From assembly GCA_965261395.1 (NCBI GenBank), contig OZ253462.1, positions 160,001 to 224,000 of the forward strand: a DNA stretch of 64,000 nt, in the 5' to 3' direction. Origin of the DNA: Candidatus Latescibacterota bacterium (GTDB taxonomy: Bacteria; Latescibacterota; UBA2968; UBA8231). Below the pieces are notes generated by a model, which was not told the origin of the DNA, ran no database searches, and saw only the letters and a program-made list of their open reading frames with translations. Position numbers and translations under genes: made by a program. Positions 1-9,136 of this stretch are shown here, piece by piece. The stretch's first letter is position 1; every line of letters begins with the position of its first letter.

Positions 1-37
1 CGCGCCAACACATCCGCGTCGCCATTGACCCCAAGTT

Positions 38-1255
38 ATGATCCAAGTCAATGACCGCGGCTATCGCCCACGCGAGAAAACCATCGTCGGCATCTGCCTC
101 GACGGTTGCGCCCAAGCCTACCTCGACCAAGCCGCCGCCCAGATGCCCAATCTCCGTGCGATCATTGAGCGCGGCGTCCACGGCCAAGTCCACACCGCGA
201 TCCCCTCTTTCACCAATCCCAACAACGTCGCCATCATCACCGGTGCGCCGCCGGCCATAAACGGCATTCCCGGCAATTTCTACTACGACCTAGACGCCGA
301 GGCGGAAGTGATGATGAACGACCCCCGCTTCCTGCGCGCCCCGACGATCCTCGCCGCCTTCCATCAAGCCGGCCAACAAGTCGCTGCCATCACCACCAAA
401 GACAAGTTGCGCCTGCTTTTGGCCCACGGCTGGCAAGGCATCAATTTCTCTGTGGAAAAAGCGCACGAAGCCGCGCTGGCCACCCACGGCATCGCCGACG
501 TCCTCGGCCTAGTCGGGCGGGAAAATCCCGGCATTTACGATCCCGAAGCCAGCGTGTACTGCATCGAGGCTGGCACGCGGCTGCTCGAACGCCACGACCT
601 CGACCTGCTCTACCTTTCGACCACCGATTTCGTCCAGCACAAGTGGGCACCCGGCGAGCCGGAAGCCAACGCCTTCTACGCTCGCCTCGACCGCTTTATC
701 GGCGCGCTCGACGCCCAGGACATTATCTTGGGCATTACCGCCGATCACGGCATGAACGCCAAAACCAACGCCGACGGCTCGCCCAAGGTGCAGTTTATCG
801 AAACCCAACTCGTCGCAGCCGGCATCGCCGGAGTTAGGGTCATCCTGCCCATCACCGACCCCTATGTCGTCCACCACGGCGCGTTAGGCTCCTACGCCAC
901 CGTCTATCTCGACGACGAGCACATCGCACGAGCCACCGCCATCCTCCGCGCCATCCCCGGCGTCGAGCAGGTGCTCAGCCGCGAGCAAGCGGCCGCCACC
1001 TACCAACTCCCTTCCGACCGCATCGGCGAACTGGTCGTTCTCGCCGACCAAGATACCGTCCTTGGCCGCACCCCCGACTGGCACCAACTCGCCGACGTCG
1101 CCCAAGGTCTGCGCTCGCACGGCGGTCTGCACGAAGGCGTGGTGCCCATGATCTGCAATAGGCCGCTAACAGCCCAATACGCCGAGTTATTGGCCTCGGG
1201 CCAAGCGCGCAACTGGGATCTTTTTGACTTTCTCTGCAATGGAGTCCTAGCCTGA
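38..1255 (+). CDS. phnA: Phosphonoacetate hydrolase (alkaline phosphatase superfamily)
   Basis: Motifs ICLDG, PSFTNPNN, STTDFVQH, TADHGMN, DPYVVHHGALGS and LRSHGG are typical of PhnA. The stop codon overlaps the ATG of the following aldehyde dehydrogenase. Confidence 0.92.
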   Translation: MIQVNDRGYRPREKTIVGICLDGCAQAYLDQAAAQMPNLRAIIERGVHGQVHTAIPSFTNPNNVAIITGAPPAINGIPGNFYYDLDAEAEVMMNDPRFLRAPTILAAFHQAGQQVAAITTKDKLRLLLAHGWQGINFSVEKAHEAALATHGIADVLGLVGRENPGIYDPEASVYCIEAGTRLLERHDLDLLYLSTTDFVQHKWAPGEPEANAFYARLDRFIGALDAQDIILGITADHGMNAKTNADGSPKVQFIETQLVAAGIAGVRVILPITDPYVVHHGALGSYATVYLDDEHIARATAILRAIPGVEQVLSREQAAATYQLPSDRIGELVVLADQDTVLGRTPDWHQLADVAQGLRSHGGLHEGVVPMICNRPLTAQYAELLASGQARNWDLFDFLCNGVLA

Positions 1256-2679
1256 TGCATCAATTCGGCAGCATCATCGGCGGCACCCAAGTCGAAAGTG
1301 GGCAGTGGATCGATGTCCATAATCCCTTCACCGGCCAGCAAGTCGGCCGCGTCGCCGCCATCGCCCCCGCAAAAGCCGACGCCGTCCTGCGCCAGACCCA
1401 CGCCGCCAAATTCGACCTCAGCCGCTACGACCGCGCCCGAATCCTCAACGAAATGGCCGACGCCATCGAATCCCGTCGCGACGAAGTCGCCCGTCTGATC
1501 ACCGCTGAGTCCGGCCTCTGCCTCAAGGACACCACCTACGAAGCCAGCCGCGTCTGCGACGTATTGCGCGTCGCCGCCATCAAGGCCCTCGACGACGACT
1601 CCGAGGTCTTCCCCTGCGACATCTCCCAAAACGGCCGTCGCCGCCGCATCTATACCACCCGCCAGCCCCTGCACCTCATCGCCGCGATCACCCCCTTCAA
1701 CCACCCGATGAACCAAGTGGTCCATAAGATCGCCCCCGCTATCGCCACCGCTAACGCCGTCGTCCTCAAACCCTCGGAGCAAACCCCGCTCGCCGCCTAT
1801 TACCTAGCGCAACTCGCCCTCGACTGCGGCTTGCCTGCCGACATGCTCAACGTCATCAACGGCCCATCCCCGGCAATCCCCGACCTGCTGGTCAAACACG
1901 AGCTCGTCGACTTGGTCACCTTCACCGGCAGCAGCGCCATCGGCCGCTCCATCGCCGAGCGCGCTGGCTACAAACGTCTGGTCCTAGAGCTCGGTGGTAG
2001 CTCGGCTCTGCTCGTCCTGCAGGACGCCGATGTCGAAGAAGCCGCCAACATCACCGTCGCCGGCCTCTATAAAAACTCGGGCCAGCGCTGCACCGCCATC
2101 CGCCGCATCCTAGTCCATCGCTCCTTGGCCGACGCCTTCGCCACCGTCCTAACCGCCAAGACCGCCGCCCTCAAATACGGCGATCCCTACGACCCTGCAA
2201 ACGACATGGGTACGGTCATCAGTGAGACCGCGGCCAGCGCCATAGAACAGCGCGTCGCCAACGCCATCAGCAACGGAGCCACCTTATTAATCGGCCATAA
2301 ACGCGATGGCGCCCTCTACGCTCCCACCGTCCTCGACCACGTCGAAAACAGCCACCCCCTCGTCGCCGAGGAGACCTTTGGCCCGGTCGCTCCGATCCTC
2401 CGCTTCAACACCCTCGACGAAGCCATCGCCATCGCCAACGACACCCCCTACGGCCTCTCCGGAGGCGTCGTCAGCAACCACTGGCCCTCGATCCAACGCG
2501 TCATCTCCGAACTCGAAGTGGGCACCGTCAACGTCAACGAGGCTCCCAGCTACCGCCTCGAATGGACCCCTTTCGGCGGCATCAAAGCCTCGGGCCTCGG
2601 TTACAAAGAAGGCGTCATCGAAACCATGAAGGCCATGACCAACGTCAAAACCTATTCACTGCCTTGGGACGCGCCCTAA
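1255..2679 (+). CDS. phnY: Phosphonoacetaldehyde dehydrogenase (ALDH family)
   Basis: ALDH motifs ITPFNHP, FTGS, LELGG, GQRCTA and EETFGP; translationally coupled to phnA. Confidence 0.85.
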   Translation: MHQFGSIIGGTQVESGQWIDVHNPFTGQQVGRVAAIAPAKADAVLRQTHAAKFDLSRYDRARILNEMADAIESRRDEVARLITAESGLCLKDTTYEASRVCDVLRVAAIKALDDDSEVFPCDISQNGRRRRIYTTRQPLHLIAAITPFNHPMNQVVHKIAPAIATANAVVLKPSEQTPLAAYYLAQLALDCGLPADMLNVINGPSPAIPDLLVKHELVDLVTFTGSSAIGRSIAERAGYKRLVLELGGSSALLVLQDADVEEAANITVAGLYKNSGQRCTAIRRILVHRSLADAFATVLTAKTAALKYGDPYDPANDMGTVISETAASAIEQRVANAISNGATLLIGHKRDGALYAPTVLDHVENSHPLVAEETFGPVAPILRFNTLDEAIAIANDTPYGLSGGVVSNHWPSIQRVISELEVGTVNVNEAPSYRLEWTPFGGIKASGLGYKEGVIETMKAMTNVKTYSLPWDAP

Positions 2680-2681
2680 AC

Positions 2682-3815
2682 ATGACCGACCTCAAAGCGG
2701 ATATCGCCGTAGTCGGTGCCGGCATCGTCGGCCTAGCCCACGCTCTTGCGGCCGCCCATCGCGGCCACCGCGTCGTCCTCTTCGAGCGCACTCCCCAGGC
2801 GCAAGGGGCCTCTATCCGCAACTTCGGCATGATCTGGCCCATCGGCCAAGCTCCCGATAAAATCCACCAACGCGCCCTCGCCACCCGCCAAACCTGGCTC
2901 GATCTCGCCCCCAAAGCCGATATCTGGTTAGCTCAAACCGGCTCGCTGCACCTGGCCTACGCCAATGACGAGTACGCCGTACTCACCGAATTCGCCGCCC
3001 TCGCTCCCGAGCTCGGCTATGATGTCGAACTGCTCGACGCAGCCGGCGTCCTCGCTCGCAGCCACGCCGTGCAGCCCGCTGGACTCAAAGGCGGCCTCTG
3101 GAGCGCGACCGAACTCTGCGTCGATCCCCGCCAAGCCATCGCCGCGCTGCCAGGCTACCTAGCACGCGAGTGCGGCGTGGCCCTCCGCTTCTCCACCCCG
3201 GTCCATCACATCGACCTGCCCCTGATCTACACGCCAGCGGAAACCTGGGCCGTTGACCGCGCCATCGTCTGCAGCGGCACCGACTTTGAATCGCTTTACC
3301 CCCAAGTATTCGCCACCAGCGGACTTACCCGCTGCAAGTTGCAGATGATGCGCACCGCACCTCAGCCCGGCAACTGGCGTCTCGGCCCAATGCTCGCCGC
3401 CGGGTTGACCTTGCGCCACTACGCCGCCTTCAAGCAGTGCCAGACACTGGCCGCCTACACCCAGCGCATCGCCACCGAGCGCCCCGAATTCGACCAGTGG
3501 GGCATCCACGTCATGGCCTCGCAAAACGGTCTCGGCGAAATCGTCATCGGCGACTCGCACGAATACGGCTGGGTAATAGATCCCTTCGACAAACCCGCAA
3601 TCGACCAACTAATCCTCGACTATCTCCAGACCTTCCTCGCCGCCCCCGCGCTGCACATTGCCCAGCGCTGGCACGGCATCTACGCCAAACACCCCGACCA
3701 AGCCGACTTTATCGCCGACCCCGCACCCGGCGTAAAAATCGTCAATGGCATCAGCGGTGCCGGCATGACCACCGCTTTCGGGCTGGCCGAGGAGATCTTC
3801 GCCGAGTGGGAGTAA
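2682..3815 (+). CDS. FAD-dependent oxidoreductase, DAO-like (TIGR03364-type, phosphonate-associated amine oxidase)
   Basis: GAGIVG Rossmann motif, GASIRNFG, IGDSHEY and C-terminal GAGMT. ATG at 2682 lies directly after the phnY stop. Confidence 0.8.
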   Translation: MTDLKADIAVVGAGIVGLAHALAAAHRGHRVVLFERTPQAQGASIRNFGMIWPIGQAPDKIHQRALATRQTWLDLAPKADIWLAQTGSLHLAYANDEYAVLTEFAALAPELGYDVELLDAAGVLARSHAVQPAGLKGGLWSATELCVDPRQAIAALPGYLARECGVALRFSTPVHHIDLPLIYTPAETWAVDRAIVCSGTDFESLYPQVFATSGLTRCKLQMMRTAPQPGNWRLGPMLAAGLTLRHYAAFKQCQTLAAYTQRIATERPEFDQWGIHVMASQNGLGEIVIGDSHEYGWVIDPFDKPAIDQLILDYLQTFLAAPALHIAQRWHGIYAKHPDQADFIADPAPGVKIVNGISGAGMTTAFGLAEEIFAEWE

Positions 3816-3819
3816 AAAC

Positions 3820-4614
3820 ATGAGCCTCCGAGAGCGCGTCTATCACTTTATCGAGCCAGACTATGAGCCGGGGCGCATCATCGATGTGGCCATCATCGTC
3901 CTGATTCTGCTCAACATCGTCGCTCTGATCCTCGAAACCGTCGAGCCTATCTACAACCTCAATCGCGCCGCCTTTGAACTTTTTGAAGACTGTTCGCTGA
4001 CCGTGTTCGCGGTTGAGTACTTCGTGCGCCTGTGGGCCATTACCGCCAACCCTCGGTTTTCGCGGCCCGTGACCGGGCGCATCCGCTTTGTCCTCACGCC
4101 CCTCGCCATCATTGACCTCATAGCCATCCTCCCCTTATTCCTGCCGCCCATGGGCGTAGATGCACGCTTTGTCCGCGTGATACGCGTCCTGCGGATCTTC
4201 CGCGTCCTCAAGCTGGTGCGCTACTTCCGCGCCCTGCGCTTGCTCGGCCAAGTCATCGCCGAGCGCAAAGAAGAGCTTGTTAGCATCTTCTTAGTGCTGC
4301 TGATCCTTTTGGCCCTCTCCTCGTCGCTGATGTACTTCGTCGAGCACGAGGAGCAGCCCGAGGTCTTTCCCAGCATCCCGGCCACCATGTGGTGGAGCAT
4401 CGTCACCTTGACGACGGTCGGCTACGGCGACGCCTATCCGATCACCGCCCTCGGCCAGACTATCGCCGCCGTCATCGCCATCATGGGGATCGGCATGTTC
4501 GCGCTACCGGCCGGCATTCTCGGCGCGGGATTTGTCGAGGCCCTAGCGGCAAACCGGTCCGAAGACCCAGAGCGCCGCTGCCCGCACTGCGGCGAGCGAC
4601 TCGACGCGCATTAA
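3820..4614 (+). CDS. Voltage-gated potassium channel / ion transporter
   Basis: TTVGYGD selectivity filter, Arg-rich S4 segment (RVIRVLRIFRVLKLVR) and C-terminal CPHCG. Confidence 0.9.
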   Translation: MSLRERVYHFIEPDYEPGRIIDVAIIVLILLNIVALILETVEPIYNLNRAAFELFEDCSLTVFAVEYFVRLWAITANPRFSRPVTGRIRFVLTPLAIIDLIAILPLFLPPMGVDARFVRVIRVLRIFRVLKLVRYFRALRLLGQVIAERKEELVSIFLVLLILLALSSSLMYFVEHEEQPEVFPSIPATMWWSIVTLTTVGYGDAYPITALGQTIAAVIAIMGIGMFALPAGILGAGFVEALAANRSEDPERRCPHCGERLDAH

Positions 4615-4616
4615 AA

Positions 4617-4646
4617 AAGCGGCCGAGGCAAAAGCCCCAGCCGCTT
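4617..4646. terminator. Probable bidirectional intrinsic terminator
   Basis: Hairpin AAGCGGC...GGC-AAAA-GCC...GCCGCTT between convergent genes, preceded by an A-run (U-tail on the minus strand). Confidence 0.55.
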
Positions 4647-4671
4647 CTCTAGCTGCTGAACAGGCGTTATT

Positions 4672-4827
4672 TCATTTACTACGCTTTTTCGTTTTAAGTT
4701 CCTCAAGAAAAATCCTGATGATGCTTTTTCTTGGCAGCCGAACCGGGGCCGTTATGACTTGTTCTATCATTTTATACATAACAGCCTTTTTCGCCGCCTT
4801 TCCAACCTTTTTGGCAGAGCTCCACAT
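4672..4827 (-). CDS. Small Lys-rich hypothetical protein (51 aa), not in the ORF track
   Basis: MWSSAKKVGKAAKKAVMYKMIEQVITAPVRLPRKSIIRIFLEELKTKKRSK*, preceded by a strong AAAGGAG RBS and followed by the terminator. Confidence 0.5.
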   Translation of the reverse strand: MWSSAKKVGKAAKKAVMYKMIEQVITAPVRLPRKSIIRIFLEELKTKKRSK

Positions 4828-4882
4828 AGTCCCATCTCCTTTTCTTTTTTTCCTAAAATGGCCGACTCAAGATAACCTTCTC

Positions 4883-5245
4883 TCAGAAAAACGCGATTTT
4901 GACCAGCAACGCCAAAACGACGGGACCGTATCCAAACTTGAGCAACGCCAAATCGCGCTCAATTTTGGCAAAGCGCTCGTTAAAGCTGGCTTTTAACTCG
5001 TTAAAGCTGGCTTTCAGTGCGTCCAAGTCCTCTTTGGTGGCCGCTTTCAACTCGTCCAAGTCCTCTTTGGTGGCGGCTTTCAACTCGTCCAAGTCCTCTT
5101 TGGTAGCAGCTTTCAACTCGTCCAAGTCCTCTTTGGTGGCCAGCCGCTCGGCCAAGGGAATCGCCCCCGCAGCCGCCTTGGCCTTTTCTTCGGACGTTCC
5201 CGCTTCGATCAGCGCGTCATAGACTTCAGCAACAATCAGACTCAT
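4883..5245 (-). CDS. DUF1640/CCDC90-like membrane-anchored coiled-coil protein with 11-aa repeats
   Basis: Head region EVYDALIEAG, repeated ATKEDLDELKA and a C-terminal hydrophobic helix; GAGGAGG RBS. Confidence 0.7.
   Translation of the reverse strand: MSLIVAEVYDALIEAGTSEEKAKAAAGAIPLAERLATKEDLDELKAATKEDLDELKAATKEDLDELKAATKEDLDALKASFNELKASFNERFAKIERDLALLKFGYGPVVLALLVKIAFF
5019..5140. repeat. 33-bp coding tandem repeat (about 3.7 copies)
   Basis: TCCAAGTCCTCTTTGGTRGCNGCTTTCAACTCG repeated in tandem. Confidence 0.9.
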
Positions 5246-5256
5246 CGTTTCCCTCC

Positions 5257-6282
5257 TCAATCAAGCGGCAGTTCCACCCGCCGCCCTTCGGCCATACTGA
5301 TCTGCACGGCCTCGGTAAACTCCATGTACTTAACCCCGTCGGCAAAGCTAGTATGCGTAACGGGCCGACCGTCGCGGACGGAAGCGACAAAGTCCTCTTC
5401 CACCTGCCAGCCGTCGCGCGGATGCTCGGGGATGTCGAAGGGCTGGTACTCGTCGTCGCCCTCGCCGGCTATCCATATCCCACTCTCGTCCATCTTAAAC
5501 GAGCCTTTGGTGCCGTAAAAGGCAAAGCCAAAGGAAGGGCCTAAGCGCGCGACGCTGCTCAGGTGATAAACCGCTGTCGCGCCGCTTTCCAGCTCGGCGA
5601 CAATGCCCAAGCTCTCCGGCACATCGGCCGGGGCGTTCTCCCCGGTCTCCTCGTCGAGCCGCTCGGTCGTAAACGTCTTGCCGTAGGCTATCACGGCCTT
5701 CTCGTGCCCGGCATAGCGGCGCACCGTCTCATTGCCAATGCCCATCGCCATGATGTTGTTACCCGAAAGATCGCGGCGCTGTCGCCAGTGCAGTGGCGCG
5801 TCCGGGGCGTAGCCGCCGGAGAGGCCAGCGAAGTGAATTTCCAACAAGTCGCCGAAAAAACCGCTGTGCAGCTTGTCGAGCAAGAGCGGTTCGGCCGACA
5901 AATAGAAGGGCGCTGGCACGATCATCGCCACCTTGTCGGTTTGCTGCGAGGCCGCGTACATCTGCCGCGCCTCGGCCAGATTCATGCACATCCGCGCCTC
6001 GGTCAGCACGTGCTTGCCCGCTTCGAGCCCGGCCAGCGTCAGCGGACAGTGCATATAGGGCCACGTGCCGATGCTGATCGCATCGACGTCGTCGCTTGCG
6101 ATCAGCGCCCGCCAATCTTCGAATACCTGCGGGATGCCGTACTCGTCGGCGATCCTTTGGCCCGATTCGCGCGAGCGGTTGCAGACCGCGGTTATTTCTA
6201 CTCCGTCAATACCTTGAAAACCGGGAATGTGCTGCAAGCGGGTATTGGCCCCCGCGCCGATTAGTCCTATGCGAAGTGTCAC
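5257..6282 (-). CDS. Gfo/Idh/MocA family oxidoreductase
   Basis: IGLIGAG and AGKHVLTEARM, a variant of the EKP motif. Confidence 0.85.
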   Translation of the reverse strand: MTLRIGLIGAGANTRLQHIPGFQGIDGVEITAVCNRSRESGQRIADEYGIPQVFEDWRALIASDDVDAISIGTWPYMHCPLTLAGLEAGKHVLTEARMCMNLAEARQMYAASQQTDKVAMIVPAPFYLSAEPLLLDKLHSGFFGDLLEIHFAGLSGGYAPDAPLHWRQRRDLSGNNIMAMGIGNETVRRYAGHEKAVIAYGKTFTTERLDEETGENAPADVPESLGIVAELESGATAVYHLSSVARLGPSFGFAFYGTKGSFKMDESGIWIAGEGDDEYQPFDIPEHPRDGWQVEEDFVASVRDGRPVTHTSFADGVKYMEFTEAVQISMAEGRRVELPLD

Positions 6283-6352
6283 AGCCGTTTTCCTCCTGTG
6301 TGTTTGTAGTCTGGATTGGAACGGCCTAAGCTAGCCGCCCCTCTCGAACCTG

Positions 6353-7813
6353 TCAACGCCACTCATAGAGCGACTTCCGCGCTAGCCGGTACTCATCGGC
6401 GGGCCGGTCAATCGCCGTCGCCCCACCCGAGGCCACCTCGATTAGGCGCGCACACACCGGTTCATACGCAGCCCTAGGAGCCACCGCGCCCTTGGCCACC
6501 AAGATCCGCTGGTGCTCGGGCTGGATCCCGGCGCAGGTAATCTGGTGAATGCTGTTGGGACAGGCGCGCTCGCTGTTGAGCAAGAGCAGCCCTTTGCGTC
6601 CAGCCCGCTCGACTTGTACAACTGCGGTCGGCCCCTGATTAAAATAGCGGCCCCCACCGTGCCGACGCTCGCGCTCTTCGTACGATCCATCGTGCAGCGT
6701 CCGCACCCGGCCGGCAATTTCCAAGGTCGGCCCGTGCATGTCGTCGGTCTTGCCACCCACGCTGAGCTGGACCTGCCCACCGACGCCAGCCGCAAAGCAC
6801 GCTTGCGCGCTTTCGACATCCCAGATCGACACAACCCAGCCGTCCGCCTCCTGCGCGAGCAATTGCTCCAACACAAACGTCGAGTCCCCGGACGAGCCGC
6901 CGCCGATGTTGTCGCCCATGTCGAGCAGACACACGGGCGTCTCCTCGCTCGCCAAAGCTAACCGCACGGCCTCGGCTGGAGCGGGCACCGCGGGCTTTAG
7001 CTGATCGCGGCTGGCCCACATCTGCTCGCCCAACCGCTCGGCCTCGTGCTGTGCCCTTTCTTCGTCGCCATCGGCAATCACCACCACCGACGGCCCCATA
7101 TAGGGCACGTCCGCGTACTGGTAGCCCCCGGCGATGCTACACCCGAGAATCCCCGCTGCGGACTCCAACTCAATCGCCGCCTGCATCAGCGGCTGCATGG
7201 GCGCGACGCTCGTGTTGTGGAAGTAGATATTGAAAAGCACCTCTGGCTTGACCAACGCCATCTTGGGTTGGACCTCGCCCCGAATCTGCCGCGTCAGGAT
7301 GGACGCGGCCTGCAAGCCTCGTTCCCGCTGGTCGATATGGGGATTGGTCTTGTAGATGATCAAGGAGTCGGCCGCGGCCACCAGTTCCGGGGGCACGTTG
7401 GCGTGGTAGTCGTGGGTCACGGCAATGGGCAAGTCGCCCACCAGCGCGCGCACCCGGCGCACGGTCTCGCCGTCGGCTTGGGGGAAGCCCTCGGCGACCA
7501 TGGCCCCGTGCAGTGCCAACAGCACCCCGTCGAGCTTGGGGGCTGCCTCCAGTCCGCTGAGGATGCGCCCGACAAAGTGCTCGTATGTGGACGCGGTCAC
7601 CGGGCCGCCCGGAGTCGCCGACGTCGCCAAGAGCGGATACAGTTCATAGCCGAACTGTTCGGCCCCGGCGATATAGCCGGCGATCTCGTGGAAGGTTCCT
7701 TCGTACTGGCCGATCAGGTCCGCGCCTTCGCAGCCCCCGAAATCCTCCAATTGCGTCGGCTGCGAATAGAACGAATTCGACTCGTGGGAAAAACCTGCTG
7801 TTGCAATGCGCAT
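6353..7813 (-). CDS. M81 family metallopeptidase (MlrC-like)
   Basis: HESNSF, LALHGAM, DYHAN, YKTNPHID and DNIGGG. Confidence 0.88.
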   Translation of the reverse strand: MRIATAGFSHESNSFYSQPTQLEDFGGCEGADLIGQYEGTFHEIAGYIAGAEQFGYELYPLLATSATPGGPVTASTYEHFVGRILSGLEAAPKLDGVLLALHGAMVAEGFPQADGETVRRVRALVGDLPIAVTHDYHANVPPELVAAADSLIIYKTNPHIDQRERGLQAASILTRQIRGEVQPKMALVKPEVLFNIYFHNTSVAPMQPLMQAAIELESAAGILGCSIAGGYQYADVPYMGPSVVVIADGDEERAQHEAERLGEQMWASRDQLKPAVPAPAEAVRLALASEETPVCLLDMGDNIGGGSSGDSTFVLEQLLAQEADGWVVSIWDVESAQACFAAGVGGQVQLSVGGKTDDMHGPTLEIAGRVRTLHDGSYEERERRHGGGRYFNQGPTAVVQVERAGRKGLLLLNSERACPNSIHQITCAGIQPEHQRILVAKGAVAPRAAYEPVCARLIEVASGGATAIDRPADEYRLARKSLYEWR

Positions 7814-7893
7814 TCGGTATCACCTTTCTGGCGCACAGATCGCTCTGCCGCCTCGCTTGTCATAGAATATAATGCTATCTTTCCCAAACGCTT

Positions 7894-8964
7894 ATGAACC
7901 GTTGGCAAAAGATATTCACCTATAAAAAGACCAAGCGTCTAACGCAAATGGTCGCCTGCGGCGGCTGAGCCTCCAAACTGCGCCCCGATCAGTTGCGGCG
8001 CGCCCTGGCAGGTCTGCCAGCAAACAGCGATCCCAACCTGCTGGTCGGCTTCAACCTCGCCGACGACGCCGGCGTCTATCGCCTCAGCGACAGCGAGGCC
8101 CTCGTGCAGACCGTCGATTTCTTCACCCCCATCGTCGACGATCCCTATACCTTTGGGGCCATTGCCGCGGCCAACTCGCTCAGCGACGTGTACGCCATGG
8201 GTGGCAAGCCCCTCACCGCGCTCAACATCGCGGGTTTTCCCGCCAACGAACTCGATCCAGAAGTCCTCAACCAGATTCTCCTCGGCGGTCAGTCCAAGGC
8301 CGCTGAGGCCGGCTGCACCCTCGTCGGCGGCCACACCGTGCAAGACCCCGAACTAAAATACGGCCTCGCCGTCACCGGCCTCGTCCACCCCGAGCGCATC
8401 TACACCAACGCCGGTGCCCAGCCCGGCGACCGCCTCATCCTCAGCAAGAAGCTGGGCACCGGGCTGATCGCCAACGCCTTCAAGGCCGGTCACCTCGCCG
8501 AGGCCGACCTCGCCGAGGCCGTGGAATCCATGCTCGCGCTCAACAAGGCCGCCGCCGAAATCCTGCCGGACTTCGCCGTCCACGCCGTCACCGACGTCAC
8601 CGGCTTCGGCCTTTTGGGACACGCCGCGGAAATGGCCGAGGGCAGCCAGATGGGTTTGGTCTTTCACGCGGCCCAAGTCCCGGCCTTGGCCCTCGGTCTA
8701 GCGCTGGCCGCCAACGGCCTCGAAGGCGGCTCCCGCGATAACCAGCGTTTCTTGGAATCCAAAGTCACCGTCGCCGCCAGCGTTGATCCGGCCCGCGCCA
8801 ATCTCCTCTTCGACGCCCAGACCTCCGGCGGCCTCCTCATCGCCGTAGCCGCAGCCGAGGCCGAGGCCCTCCTCCACGCCCTTCGCCAAAACGGAGTAGA
8901 GGCCGCCGCGCTCGTCGGCGAGGTCATCGGGGAAAACCCCGGCCGCATCCTCGTCGAGCCGTGA
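7894..8964 (+). CDS. selD: Selenide, water dikinase; probable selenoprotein with UGA at 7966-7968 read as Sec
   Basis: Reading frame gives ...KRLTQMVACGG-UGA-ASKL..., continuing into DDAGVY, QTVDFFTP, ANSLSDVYAMGG, GGHT, TDVTGFGLLGH and DAQTSGGLL. The exact start codon is uncertain. Confidence 0.88.
8005..8020 (+). promoter_or_regulatory. Candidate bacterial SECIS hairpin
   Basis: Perfect stem CTGGCA-GGTC-TGCCAG downstream of the in-frame UGA; contains GCAGGUCUGC as in the E. coli fdhF SECIS apex. Confidence 0.5.
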
Positions 8965-9136
8965 TCTTCTCGACTAGCACCGTTTCCTTGCCGGTGGCGC
9001 GCTCGATCATGCGGACTTCGCCCACGTAGCCGACGGGATGGATAATTGATGAGGTGCTTGCTTATTGGATAAGTTTTAATAATACCAGTACCACTCCGAT
9101 AGTAACTAGTATGGAGGTAGGAGACAGAGGATTGCG

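Noticed and set aside
4718-4996. 92-aa plus-strand ORF
   Set aside because: It is antisense to two minus-strand ORFs that have proper ribosome-binding sites.
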